Source of the DNA: an uncultured Phaeodactylibacter sp.
GTDB taxonomy: Bacteria > Bacteroidota > Bacteroidia > Chitinophagales > Saprospiraceae
DNA: 64,000 bases
Direction: 5' to 3'
Assembly: GCA_964572415.1 (NCBI GenBank)
Contig: CAZNHN010000002.1
Coordinates: forward strand, 2,381-66,380
Shown here: positions 26,955-36,580 of the stretch, one piece after another
How the letters are laid out: each line of letters starts with the position of its first letter
Numbering within the stretch: position 1 is the first letter of the stretch
The notes under the pieces: model-generated
Databases searched by the model: none
Told to the model about the DNA's origin: nothing
The model's input: only the letters and a program-made list of their open reading frames with translations
Position numbers and translations under genes: made by a program

Positions 26955-29948
26955 TTAGAAATTAAGATTTACGCCCAGTGTGAATGTCCGCGAAGCAAAG
27001 TAGCTGTAGCGGCGATCAATACCCGGGCTAAGTACATCAGGATTCGAGAAGTCTACTTCTCCACCATTATCTGATGAACCATAGTCTACTAATGATGGTT
27101 CAGGGTCGGTACCGGTGTAGTTTGTCAATACAAACAGGTTTTGTCCGGTTAGCGACACTGTAAGGCCCCGAATAGCGCTTCCTTTCTCAAAGCTGAACCT
27201 TCTTGAGATCGTCAGGTTATCCAGCTTGAAGAAGTCAGCCTCCTCTACATAAAGTGAGCTAAACTGAGCAGAAGTCAATCCTGGCTGTGCCAATTCGGTA
27301 TTTACAAAGTTATAAGAACTCTGCGAAGAAATGCGGGGCTCATAGAATGCACGGAAAGTATTTACAAGGCTATGGCCCAATGCCCCACGGAAGAAAGCAT
27401 TTACCGACCAATCACCAAAGGAAAGTTGGTTAGTCCAGCCAAACTCCAAATCGGGGATACCATTACCCAATGTGGTGAAGTCAGCATCGGGGTTCAAAGC
27501 GTTACCCTGATCACCAATAACTTCACCGTCGCCATTGAGGTCTGCGAGAATAGGAGCGCCATCTGCACCCACGCCTTCAAAGACAGGGCCCCAAATCTGG
27601 CCGATCTCCTCTCCTTCACGGATAACAACCATGTTAGTACCGTTCTGGCCAGGTGCACCGAGGTTAGCGCGTTGCTCTTCCGGTACTACGTAGCGTTCCA
27701 GTGTAGTTTTGTAGGTACTCAGGATTAATCCTGTGTTCCATATCATATTATCCTTGCGAACTACGTCATACCCCATGGTCAACTCCGCTCCCTGCGTGGT
27801 CAGCAGGCCTGCGTTTTCAAACCGGCGGTCTACACCAAATTCTGCTGCATCAACCGTACGCTCCAGGATGAAGTCCTCAATATTACGGTCATACAGGTCT
27901 AAAGTAGCATTGAAGCGGCCCATGGTGAATTCCACACCGAGGTTCAACTCGCCTTTTTCTTCCCACTTTAACTCAGGGTTAGCAGCACGGATCAATTCTG
28001 TGGAGACACTTCCGTCGTCTCCGTTTACAACTTGGCGGATGGGCTGAGATAGTCCGTTTGGTCCAGGCAGGGCACCGGTTACACCGTAACCTACCCGTAC
28101 TTTCAGGAGGTCAACATTATTAAGGTCAATGTAACGGTTGACGTCAACACCAACACCAAAAGCAGGGAAAATACCCCAGCGGTTGTCGGCACCAAGCTTA
28201 GTGGAACCTTCACGGCGAACGGATGCGTTCAGGAATATCGCATCGTCAATGGTCATATTCGCACGGGCGAAGAAGGCGATGATCTTCTCATCCGGAGAAA
28301 CAGCACTGTTGGCCTGAATAAAGCCAGCGTTCTGCAGGTCCTGAGAAGTTTGGATCAGGTTGCCAAAGTCCAGTGAGTTATCCGGGAAGTCACCCAGGCT
28401 AAGGAACTTGGATTCAAAGTTGTTCTGCTGGTAAGAGTAACCAGCCGTTACGCGGAGGTTAGACTTTCGTCCAACATCGCCAACATAGGTTGCATAACCT
28501 TCGAACAACTGGAAGCTGGTAATTTCGTCGTAAAACTCAGCAAGACCTTTCCGGGTCGGGCTGGTCGCATTACCACGGAACAGCGACGTAGTTGGGTAGT
28601 ACTCTTCGTTAGCCACTGTTGTCTTCTGATTTGCAACACGTGCAGCAACTTCCAAATTGGGGGTAATATCATAAGCAACGCGGGCACCATAAGTTACTTC
28701 GGTGCGCTGCCCCTGATTACGGTTTTGCTCAATGATTGAAACCGGATTGAAGCTGTCAAACAGGCCCAGTGTTTCAAAGAAGCCACCGTACTGCTCGCTT
28801 GCAAATGGGAATGGGGCATTGTCGCCCAAAACCGGAGCAGTCGGGTTGTACAGTACGCCATAGCGCAACGCTTCATTGAATCCGAACTCAGAGTTCCGGT
28901 TGGTGAATGAAGAGTTGAAATCAATGCTCACTTTATCATTGAAAGCTTTGGTAGACAAATTTACCCGGCCATTGAACTGCTCGAAACCAGAGTTCTGCAA
29001 AATACCATCTACATTACGATAGTTACCGGAAATACGGTAAGTCGTGTTGCCAGATCCGCCGGAAGCAGATAGGCTATGTACGTTGGTGATACCAGCACGG
29101 GTAACCTCGTCAATCCAATCCGTTTGGCTGCCCAGGTCCGTACCACCTGCGGCAATAAACTCATCCGGGCTCATTACCGGAACGCTGTTGAACGCAGTGG
29201 AAACTGCGGCCTGCCCGTTGTAGGAGAATTCTACGCCCTTACCCTGGCTACCAGAGCGGGTTGTGACCAGAATTACCCCCGAAGAACCACGCGAACCATA
29301 GATTGCAGCAGCGGAACCATCCTTCAGAACAGTGACATTTTCAATATCATTAGGGTCCACGTTGTCTAGTGATGCACCAATGATACCATCGACTACAACC
29401 AACGGCTCTGTGTTGGCACCAACGGTAGAGATACCGCGCAGGCGGATAACACTCTGCCCGTTGGGGTCACCACCACGGTTGTAGACCTGAAGGCCAGCCA
29501 CCTTACCCTGTAATAACTGGGAGGGGTCAGTGATTGGTCCCTGGTTAAAGTCTTCTGCACTTACTGAAGTTACCGATGAAGTAATCTCTTTTTCTCTCTG
29601 AGAACCGTAACCAACTACAACTACTTCCTCGAGTTCCTGACCCGCGGAAAGCGTTACATCGATAGTGGTTTGGCTTCCGATTTCAACACGCTGAGAGCTG
29701 TATCCTGTGTAAGAGAATTCCAGTTCCTTAGCGCCTTCTGAAATGTTGAGGGAATAGGCTCCGTCAAAATCTGTGATTGTACCTGTACTGGAACCAACAA
29801 CGAGGATGTTGGCTCCGATCAGGGGTTCGCCCGTCTCGGCATCCGTTACTGTACCAGTTATAGTACGCTGTGCGAAAGTGAAATTGCACAACAGGAGCGC
29901 CAAAACGAGGAGGAGTCCCCTCGTCATGGAGTTGATGTTAAGTTTCAT
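26955..29948 (-). CDS. SusC/RagA TonB-dependent outer-membrane transporter
   Basis: Carboxypeptidase-reg-like N-domain (GEPLIGANI), plug with DIENVTVLKDGSAAAIYGSRGSSGVILVTT, C-terminal RTFTLGVNLNF. Confidence 0.96.
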   Translation of the reverse strand: MKLNINSMTRGLLLVLALLLCNFTFAQRTITGTVTDAETGEPLIGANILVVGSSTGTITDFDGAYSLNISEGAKELEFSYTGYSSQRVEIGSQTTIDVTLSAGQELEEVVVVGYGSQREKEITSSVTSVSAEDFNQGPITDPSQLLQGKVAGLQVYNRGGDPNGQSVIRLRGISTVGANTEPLVVVDGIIGASLDNVDPNDIENVTVLKDGSAAAIYGSRGSSGVILVTTRSGSQGKGVEFSYNGQAAVSTAFNSVPVMSPDEFIAAGGTDLGSQTDWIDEVTRAGITNVHSLSASGGSGNTTYRISGNYRNVDGILQNSGFEQFNGRVNLSTKAFNDKVSIDFNSSFTNRNSEFGFNEALRYGVLYNPTAPVLGDNAPFPFASEQYGGFFETLGLFDSFNPVSIIEQNRNQGQRTEVTYGARVAYDITPNLEVAARVANQKTTVANEEYYPTTSLFRGNATSPTRKGLAEFYDEITSFQLFEGYATYVGDVGRKSNLRVTAGYSYQQNNFESKFLSLGDFPDNSLDFGNLIQTSQDLQNAGFIQANSAVSPDEKIIAFFARANMTIDDAIFLNASVRREGSTKLGADNRWGIFPAFGVGVDVNRYIDLNNVDLLKVRVGYGVTGALPGPNGLSQPIRQVVNGDDGSVSTELIRAANPELKWEEKGELNLGVEFTMGRFNATLDLYDRNIEDFILERTVDAAEFGVDRRFENAGLLTTQGAELTMGYDVVRKDNMIWNTGLILSTYKTTLERYVVPEEQRANLGAPGQNGTNMVVIREGEEIGQIWGPVFEGVGADGAPILADLNGDGEVIGDQGNALNPDADFTTLGNGIPDLEFGWTNQLSFGDWSVNAFFRGALGHSLVNTFRAFYEPRISSQSSYNFVNTELAQPGLTSAQFSSLYVEEADFFKLDNLTISRRFSFEKGSAIRGLTVSLTGQNLFVLTNYTGTDPEPSLVDYGSSDNGGEVDFSNPDVLSPGIDRRYSYFASRTFTLGVNLNF

Positions 29949-30368
29949 ACACTACTTTGGTTTAGTTAGTAAAAACTATGTCTGATTAATAAATCCTGTT
30001 TCAGTGAACCAAACCTCCTAAGTCGAAGGCAAAGCTCACATTTTCTTTGTCAAAGCATTTAGCTTTTTGTTCAATGGGATAGACAAACCGGGTTCAGACT
30101 TACAGACAAATTGTGTCTGACTTACACTAACTAGTTCGTAAAAGTCTCAATTTAGCAGGAAAAAACAAAGATCAGCAAACAGTTTTTTCCAAATAGCTTG
30201 CAAACCAAATTAAATTACGTTGTTAAATTAACGTTAAGGGCTTGATCCTGCAAGTAAAACGGAGCAAATTTATTTTTCGCTGCCTGGTTCTTTTCAGAAA
30301 GCAATTTGACTCCTTAATACCTAAATCGACAAAACCTCCACGGGAGAATACTGTTTTGATACGTAGAC

Positions 30369-31655
30369 GTGACTACTTCACACCTGCCAAAAACCAACAA
30401 TTTGTTTGCAAGATTTTTCTACCGGGGCTTCCTCCTTCTGCTGCCTTTGTTAACAACGAGTAGCATACCAGGCTTGCATGCCCAGTATCAGGATTTGGAA
30501 ATCGTTGGCAACAAAACTAAAATTGACCTCCCTTTCCGGTACACCAACGGGTTTATTATCGTCCCGGTGGTCTTTGAAAACTGGTTCCCCCTGAACTTTA
30601 TTTTTGATACGGGCGCCGAGCACACCATCCTGAGCCAGCGGGAAATCACAGACCTGCTGCAACTGGAATACCGCAGGCGCTTCACCCTCATTGGATCTGA
30701 CCTCAGCCGGGAGTTCTACGCCTATCTGGTTTCTGGTATCAACCTCAAAGCGGGTGCTGTTCTTGCAAAAAACCGGTCCATACTCGTCCTGGAAGAGGAT
30801 TATCTGAGATTTGAGGATTACACAGGAGTAGAGATTCACGGCATCCTTGGCGCAGATTTCTTCCGGCGGTTTGTTGTTCAAATTGACTATCGAAAGCAGG
30901 TTATTTCCCTGTATGACCCCCGCGGCTATGAAAAGCCACAAAAGGGCTTTACCACGGTTGATGCCACATTCCGAAAAAGCAAACCTTATGTTTTTCCGGA
31001 TGTCGCCCTGCGTCAGGGGGATACGAGCAGGCTGAAGTTGCTGCTCGATACAGGAGCTGCACTTCCTTTGCTGATCAATATAGACAGCGACCCCGGCCTG
31101 GTACTGCCGGAGCAGGTGATCCCAAGTAATCTGGGCGCGGGACTGGGCGGCTTTCTGAGGGGCTACAAAGGCAAAGTCTCTGGTTTGACCCTGCCACCGT
31201 ATCATTTTTCAAGCGTGGTGACCAACTATCAGGAGATACAACTGGGCATAATCGATAGTACAAACCTGGATCAGCGTAACGGTATCCTGGGCAATGAGAT
31301 ACTTAGGCGTTTTACGGTGGTTTTGGATTACGTCCGGGAAGAAGTATACCTGGAGCCTAACAAAAACTACGATGATGAATTTAAAGTAGACCGCAGCGGT
31401 ATGCTGATCATTGCCACAGGTCCGGGCTTACGCGACTTTCTGATCTATAGTGTGCTGCCAGATTCTCCCGCTGAAGAAGCAGGCCTGAGGCCAGGTGATG
31501 AAATCAGGCGAATCAACTGGGTCCCGGTTTCCTTCCTTACGCTAAGCAGCATCATAAACCGGCTGCAAAAGCCTCCCGGAAAAAGGATCAGGCTTGTGGT
31601 TAAAAGAGACAGCGAGCGAGTCAAAGTCTCTTTCCTCCTACGCGATTTAATATGA
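30369..31655 (+). CDS. Aspartyl protease with two retropepsin-like domains and a C-terminal PDZ domain
   Basis: Two DTGA motifs (FIFDTGA, LLLDTGA), GILGADF / GILGNEIL, PDZ (DSPAEEAGLRPGDEI). Confidence 0.88.
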   Translation: MTTSHLPKTNNLFARFFYRGFLLLLPLLTTSSIPGLHAQYQDLEIVGNKTKIDLPFRYTNGFIIVPVVFENWFPLNFIFDTGAEHTILSQREITDLLQLEYRRRFTLIGSDLSREFYAYLVSGINLKAGAVLAKNRSILVLEEDYLRFEDYTGVEIHGILGADFFRRFVVQIDYRKQVISLYDPRGYEKPQKGFTTVDATFRKSKPYVFPDVALRQGDTSRLKLLLDTGAALPLLINIDSDPGLVLPEQVIPSNLGAGLGGFLRGYKGKVSGLTLPPYHFSSVVTNYQEIQLGIIDSTNLDQRNGILGNEILRRFTVVLDYVREEVYLEPNKNYDDEFKVDRSGMLIIATGPGLRDFLIYSVLPDSPAEEAGLRPGDEIRRINWVPVSFLTLSSIINRLQKPPGKRIRLVVKRDSERVKVSFLLRDLI

Positions 31656-31955
31656 GGCATAGCCCGTATCCCATACCCTGAAATAACGCCCCCTGAAAAG
31701 CTTGAAGCCCAGCACAGTTTACTGATTCCAATGCCGCCTGACTCCAAACCTGCCCTTTGAAAAAGCCCTTAATTGTCTCTGTTTTTTATCTCCAAGCCAT
31801 ATTTTCTTATATTCCGCGGTCTGCAACGCCCCACTCAACCTCGGGGTGCAGATGACGTTCTGTAAATGATGCGTGGGTTGAGAAAATGCATCTTTTGCCA
31901 CAATGGCAGCCCTTTCATCACAGGGTCTTTTAATAAAAAACACTTCAAATTACTT

Positions 31956-32396
31956 ATGGATATCAAGGTCTACACTCCTTTTGAACCGGCTACCCTTTCT
32001 GAAAAAGGGCACATCATCAATTTTCTTTTTGAACATCTTGATCAGTACGGTGATGCCCGGGAAGACATAAAAAAAGCGATTCAGTACGCATTGAAAGAAA
32101 CCGCTTCACATGGAGGCTTTGTTATCACTGGCAAAATTGATGGTAAAATTGTTGGCACGGTTGTCATCAACCGCACAGGCATGGAAGGGTATATCCCTGA
32201 AAATATCCTGGTCTATATCGCTGTTGACGGTAGTCAGCGCGGCAAGGGAATTGGCAAAACCCTGATGCAAAAAGCCATAGACCTGGCACAGGGAGATATT
32301 GCCCTCCACGTAGAACCCGATAACCCGGCCCGCCACCTGTACGAAAAGCTTGGGTTCACCAATAAATACCTGGAAATGCGTCTGAAAAACAAGTAA
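31956..32396 (+). CDS. GNAT family N-acetyltransferase
   Basis: LVYIAVDGSQRGKGIGKTLM (acetyl-CoA motif A), NPARHLYEKLGF. Start trimmed to ATG 31956. Confidence 0.92.
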   Translation: MDIKVYTPFEPATLSEKGHIINFLFEHLDQYGDAREDIKKAIQYALKETASHGGFVITGKIDGKIVGTVVINRTGMEGYIPENILVYIAVDGSQRGKGIGKTLMQKAIDLAQGDIALHVEPDNPARHLYEKLGFTNKYLEMRLKNK

Positions 32397-32405
32397 AACC
32401 TTTTT

Positions 32406-33881
32406 ATGCATTGGATTGATATTGTGATTTTCATCGTCTATTTCCTGGCGATGCTGGGGATAGGCTTTTTCTTTTTTAAGCAAAATAAAAACTCAGACGA
32501 TTACTACGTAGGTGGCCGGGATATGGGCAGCCTGCACATTGGCCTGTCGGTAGTAGCCACTGATGTAGGTGGGGGATTCTCCATCGGCCTGGGTGGGCTG
32601 GGCTTCCTGATGGGAATTTCCGGTTCATGGATGCTGTTTACCGGGCTCATTGGGGCCTGGCTGAGTGCTGTGTTTCTGATTCCAAAAGTCAACCGGCTGT
32701 CCAAAAAAGTAAACCTGCTCACTTTTCCACAACTCTTTGAGTTTCTCTTTAGCCCAAGAGTAGCATTATTGGCAGGCATCATTTCTGCCATCGGCTACCT
32801 GGGTTTTACCAGTTCGCAACTGCTGGCCGGTGCCAAGCTGGCTTCAGCAACCTTCACTGCCCTTAGCCTGAAACAAGCCCTGATTATCATGGGCGTTATC
32901 GCGGTAGTATACACAGTTGCCGGCGGGCTGAAAGCCGTCATTTATACAGACACCGTACAATGGATAATACTCATGGCAGGCCTGGTTTTCATTGGCATTC
33001 CACTGGGGTACTTCGCAGTTGGTGGCATGGAGGGCATCCGGGAGGTGGTGCGGCCGGAGTTCCTGCAGCTAACGAATGTATCCTGGTCGCAGTTGGTCAA
33101 CTGGGGGGTAACCATTATCCCCATTTGGTTTGTGGGCATGACACTCTATCAACGTATTTATGCCTGTCGGGATGAGCAGACCGCTCGCAGGGCCTGGTAT
33201 ACGGCTGGATTGTTTGAATACCCTATCATGGCCTTTATGGGCGTACTGCTGGGGCTGTTTGCCCGGGTTGGTGCCGATCAGGGGATGTTTGTGGACCTTG
33301 GGTACAGCGATCCGGCGGCAATGGATGCCGAAATGGGGCTCCCTCTCCTGCTGCGCACGGTCCTGCCTGCCGGGCTTACCGGACTCATGCTGTCTGCTTA
33401 TTTCTCTGCGATCATGTCTACTGCAGACAGTTGCCTGATGGCTGCTTCCGGTAATGTGGTCACGGATATCCTGGAGCGTTTCTTGCCACTGAAGGGAGAC
33501 GAAAAGAAAATCCTGCGTTATTCTCAAATAGCTACTTTCGTTATTGGTGCCATTGCACTGCTGATCGCGATGAGTATGCAGAATGTCCTGGAACTGATGC
33601 TGTTGTCTTACGCATTTATGGTGTCCGGGCTCTTTGTACCCGTCATTGGCGGCATGTATTGGAACCGCGCCACGCCTGCTGCCGCTTTTTGGGCGATGCT
33701 ACTGGGCGGAGGTACGACCCTGCTGCTTATTCTAACTCAATGGCAACTGCCCTACGATTTGGATGCAAATATTGCAGGGATTTCCATTTCTGCGCTGTCC
33801 TTCATAATATTGAGCTACGTAACCACACCGCCGGAAATACCGGCAGCAGTGAAACTATCTGACACAACGCGAACCTTATGA
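32406..33881 (+). CDS. Sodium:solute symporter (SSS/SLC5) family protein
   Basis: DYYVGGRDMG, GGLKAVIYTDTVQ, SAIMSTADS; ~13 TM helices. Confidence 0.93.
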   Translation: MHWIDIVIFIVYFLAMLGIGFFFFKQNKNSDDYYVGGRDMGSLHIGLSVVATDVGGGFSIGLGGLGFLMGISGSWMLFTGLIGAWLSAVFLIPKVNRLSKKVNLLTFPQLFEFLFSPRVALLAGIISAIGYLGFTSSQLLAGAKLASATFTALSLKQALIIMGVIAVVYTVAGGLKAVIYTDTVQWIILMAGLVFIGIPLGYFAVGGMEGIREVVRPEFLQLTNVSWSQLVNWGVTIIPIWFVGMTLYQRIYACRDEQTARRAWYTAGLFEYPIMAFMGVLLGLFARVGADQGMFVDLGYSDPAAMDAEMGLPLLLRTVLPAGLTGLMLSAYFSAIMSTADSCLMAASGNVVTDILERFLPLKGDEKKILRYSQIATFVIGAIALLIAMSMQNVLELMLLSYAFMVSGLFVPVIGGMYWNRATPAAAFWAMLLGGGTTLLLILTQWQLPYDLDANIAGISISALSFIILSYVTTPPEIPAAVKLSDTTRTL

Positions 33882-35041
33882 CGAAAACCAAGCCTTCCTG
33901 GATGAGCGACATTGATCAGCTGCGGCGCTACCTGCATCAGTACCCTGAGCTAAGTGGCGAGGAGCATGAAACAGCTGCTTTTCTGGCCCGGTCACTCCGA
34001 AAACTAGAACCCACCCAACTTATAGAAGGCATCGGTGGCTGTGGCCTGGTTGCCATTTTTGATAGCGGTAAACCAGGCCCATCTGTCCTTTTCCGGACCG
34101 AGCTCGATGCCCTTCCAATTCAGGAGGTCAATGACTTCGACTATCGGTCTACAAAAGAAAATATCTCTCACAAATGCGGGCACGACGGGCACATGGCTGT
34201 CATGATGGGGTTTGCCCGTGCCCTGTACCATAGCCCACCCCAAAAAGGACGAGCACTCCTCCTTTTTCAGCCGGCGGAAGAGGTAGGCGCCGGTGCAGAG
34301 TGGATGCTGAAAGACGAAACTTTCGATCAGGTATTGCCCATTGATTACGCGGTGGCTTTCCATAATCTGCCGGGTTTTCCACCAGGCACTATCGTTTGTA
34401 AGGAAGGCCCGTTCAGTGCTTCGGTCCAAAGCCTTATCATCCGCCTCAATGGTAAGACGTCCCACGCCGGAGAACCGGAGAACGGTATCAATCCAGCTAT
34501 GGCTATCTCTGAGATTATCAAAGAAGCGGACATCGCCTGCTAGCCCAATATTGAGGAAGAGGGTTTTGCCATTCTTACTCCGGTGCATATCCACATGGGC
34601 GAAGTAGCCTATGGGGTATCCGCTGGTTATGGGGAAATTCACCTGACCATCCGGACACGCACGGAACGGGAAATGCAGGCTTTAAGCGACCGGCTGTTGA
34701 GTTACGCCGGGCGGGTTTCCCAAAAGTATGGGCTGGAGCTCGATACGGAGTGGACCAACGTATTCCGGACGACCCGGAATGACCCGGAAGTGGCTGGCAT
34801 CATTCAGCAAGCAGCCGCAGATAACGGGTTCGGGTACCATGCCAAAGACTGGGCATTCAAGTGGGGGGAAGACTTTGGAGCATTCACCCAGCAATTCAAA
34901 GGGGCCATGTTTGGCATTGGGGCCGGCGAAGACCACCCGGCACTGCACAACCCCGATTACGATTTCCCCGATGCCATCACCCCGGTGGGCATTGATATGT
35001 ACCAGAGCATTCTGGAACACCTCTTGGAGCAAAAAGGCTGA
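33878..35041 (+). pseudogene. M20D family amidohydrolase interrupted by an in-frame TAG at 34541-34543
   Basis: LHQYPELSGEE, RTELDALP, HKCGHDGH, FQPAEE, then GEDF and LHNPDYDFPD. ORFs 33878..34543 and 34583..35041 share a frame and are separated by a single TAG. Confidence 0.85.
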
Positions 35042-35196
35042 TCAGAAATTGAACAGATCCATTGCCTTGGAAAACAAATAAGTCTTCTGCGCACACACAG
35101 GTAAGCTTGAACGTCAGAAATAAGCACAAAATGAGGCGTGTTCCGCTGCTGTAAAACTCATGCAAGTTCCTTAATTTACGCTCAAGAACTCTGCCC

Positions 35197-36351
35197 ATGT
35201 TAGCGACATCAAAAATTACCATTAGCCGTAAGGCACTGGAAAGCAATTATCGTTTTGTAAGAAAGCAAATTAGCCATGATACAAGAATCTCATGGGTAGT
35301 TAAAGGTAATGCCTATGGGCATGGTATAGAAGAGTTTGTGCCGCTCGCCCATGCCTGTGGTGCTGATCATTTTAGCGTATTCGATGCCAGTGAAGCCTAC
35401 CGGGTCTGGAAAAGCCTGAAAGATAAACAGGTGCAGATTATGATCATGGGCATGATAGAGGATCAGCACCTTGAATGGGCAATTGAGCATGACATTGAGT
35501 TCTACGTTTTTGAGCCGGAGCGTCTGGAAGCGGCAGTGAGGGCAGCCCGGAAGGTGGGGAAAAAAGCTAAAGTCCACGTGGAAGCAGAAACCGGAATGAA
35601 CCGGATTGGCTATGAAGCCCATGAACTGCCCGGTGTGGCAACCTTACTTAAAGACAACCCTGATGTTTTGGATTTCCAGGGGCTTTGCACTCATTTTGCA
35701 GGGGCCGAGAGTATTGCCAATTATGTCCGGGTAACGCAGCAGCGGAAAACCTATAAGCGTATTCTAAACTGGTTTGCCAATCAGGGGCTGGAGCCCAAAA
35801 TCAAGCATATTGCCTGTTCAGCCGCCGCCATACGCTATCCGCCTACCCGGCTGGATATGGTTCGGATCGGCATCTTGCAATATGGATTTTGGCCCAGCCG
35901 GGAAACCCTCATTGAGCACAACAGTAAAGTCAACCGGCAGGACAACCCGCTGGAACGCCTGATTTCCTGGAAGAGCCAGGTGATGGATACCAAAACGGTT
36001 AAAACCGGAGAGTACGTTGGCTATGGCACCTCTTACATGGCTACACAGGAAATGAAAGTAGCGACGATCCCGATCGGGTATGGCCATGGTTTTACCCGTT
36101 CCCTGAGCAATGCCGGCCGGGTATTGATCCGGGGCAAGCGGGTCGGTGTCATTGGAATGGTCAACATGAATGCCATAACTGTTGATATTTCTCAGGTGGA
36201 GCATGTGGAAAGAGGCGATGAAGTCGTTATCATTGGCAATCAGGGCGATTTAGAGCTTGGTGTTTCTGCTTTTGGAGAGTTTTCCCAGCAAGTCAACTAC
36301 GAATTGCTTACCCGTTTGCCAATGGATATTCCCCGGGAAATTGTAGATTAG
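35197..36351 (+). CDS. alr: Alanine racemase (fold-type III PLP)
   Basis: VVKGNAYGHG PLP lysine, ETGMNRIG, THFA, VRIGILQYG, GYGTSY, IGYGHG, YELLTRL. Confidence 0.9.
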   Translation: MLATSKITISRKALESNYRFVRKQISHDTRISWVVKGNAYGHGIEEFVPLAHACGADHFSVFDASEAYRVWKSLKDKQVQIMIMGMIEDQHLEWAIEHDIEFYVFEPERLEAAVRAARKVGKKAKVHVEAETGMNRIGYEAHELPGVATLLKDNPDVLDFQGLCTHFAGAESIANYVRVTQQRKTYKRILNWFANQGLEPKIKHIACSAAAIRYPPTRLDMVRIGILQYGFWPSRETLIEHNSKVNRQDNPLERLISWKSQVMDTKTVKTGEYVGYGTSYMATQEMKVATIPIGYGHGFTRSLSNAGRVLIRGKRVGVIGMVNMNAITVDISQVEHVERGDEVVIIGNQGDLELGVSAFGEFSQQVNYELLTRLPMDIPREIVD

Positions 36352-36580
36352 AGTAAGTTGATTAAACCTAGCTAACCCACGTTTGTTTACCAACTTGAAG
36401 ATGAAAAGCAATCTTTAAATTAAGCCTTACAGCAATCGAAGCTTCTTACAACACGCTGTCCATTCCGTTTTCCGCCCAGCGGGAGTACTGTTTCTTTGCT
36501 TTTTCCGGAAATTCTGCTTTAACGCCAGGCCACTGCGCCTCCCGTTAGAGCCACTCACTTTATAACTTCACCAAATCACC

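Noticed and set aside
31656-31955. Possible riboswitch in the 300-nt leader of the GNAT-symporter operon (also 36352..36580)
   Set aside because: Only a 7-bp inverted repeat (CTCAACC/GGTTGAG) and no recognisable aptamer consensus; an Rfam/Infernal search would be needed.
34541-34543. Genetic-code reassignment or pyrrolysine read-through of TAG
   Set aside because: Several intact genes in the window terminate at TAG (e.g. 2291, 2724, 36351), only one internal TAG was found, and no pyl genes are present.
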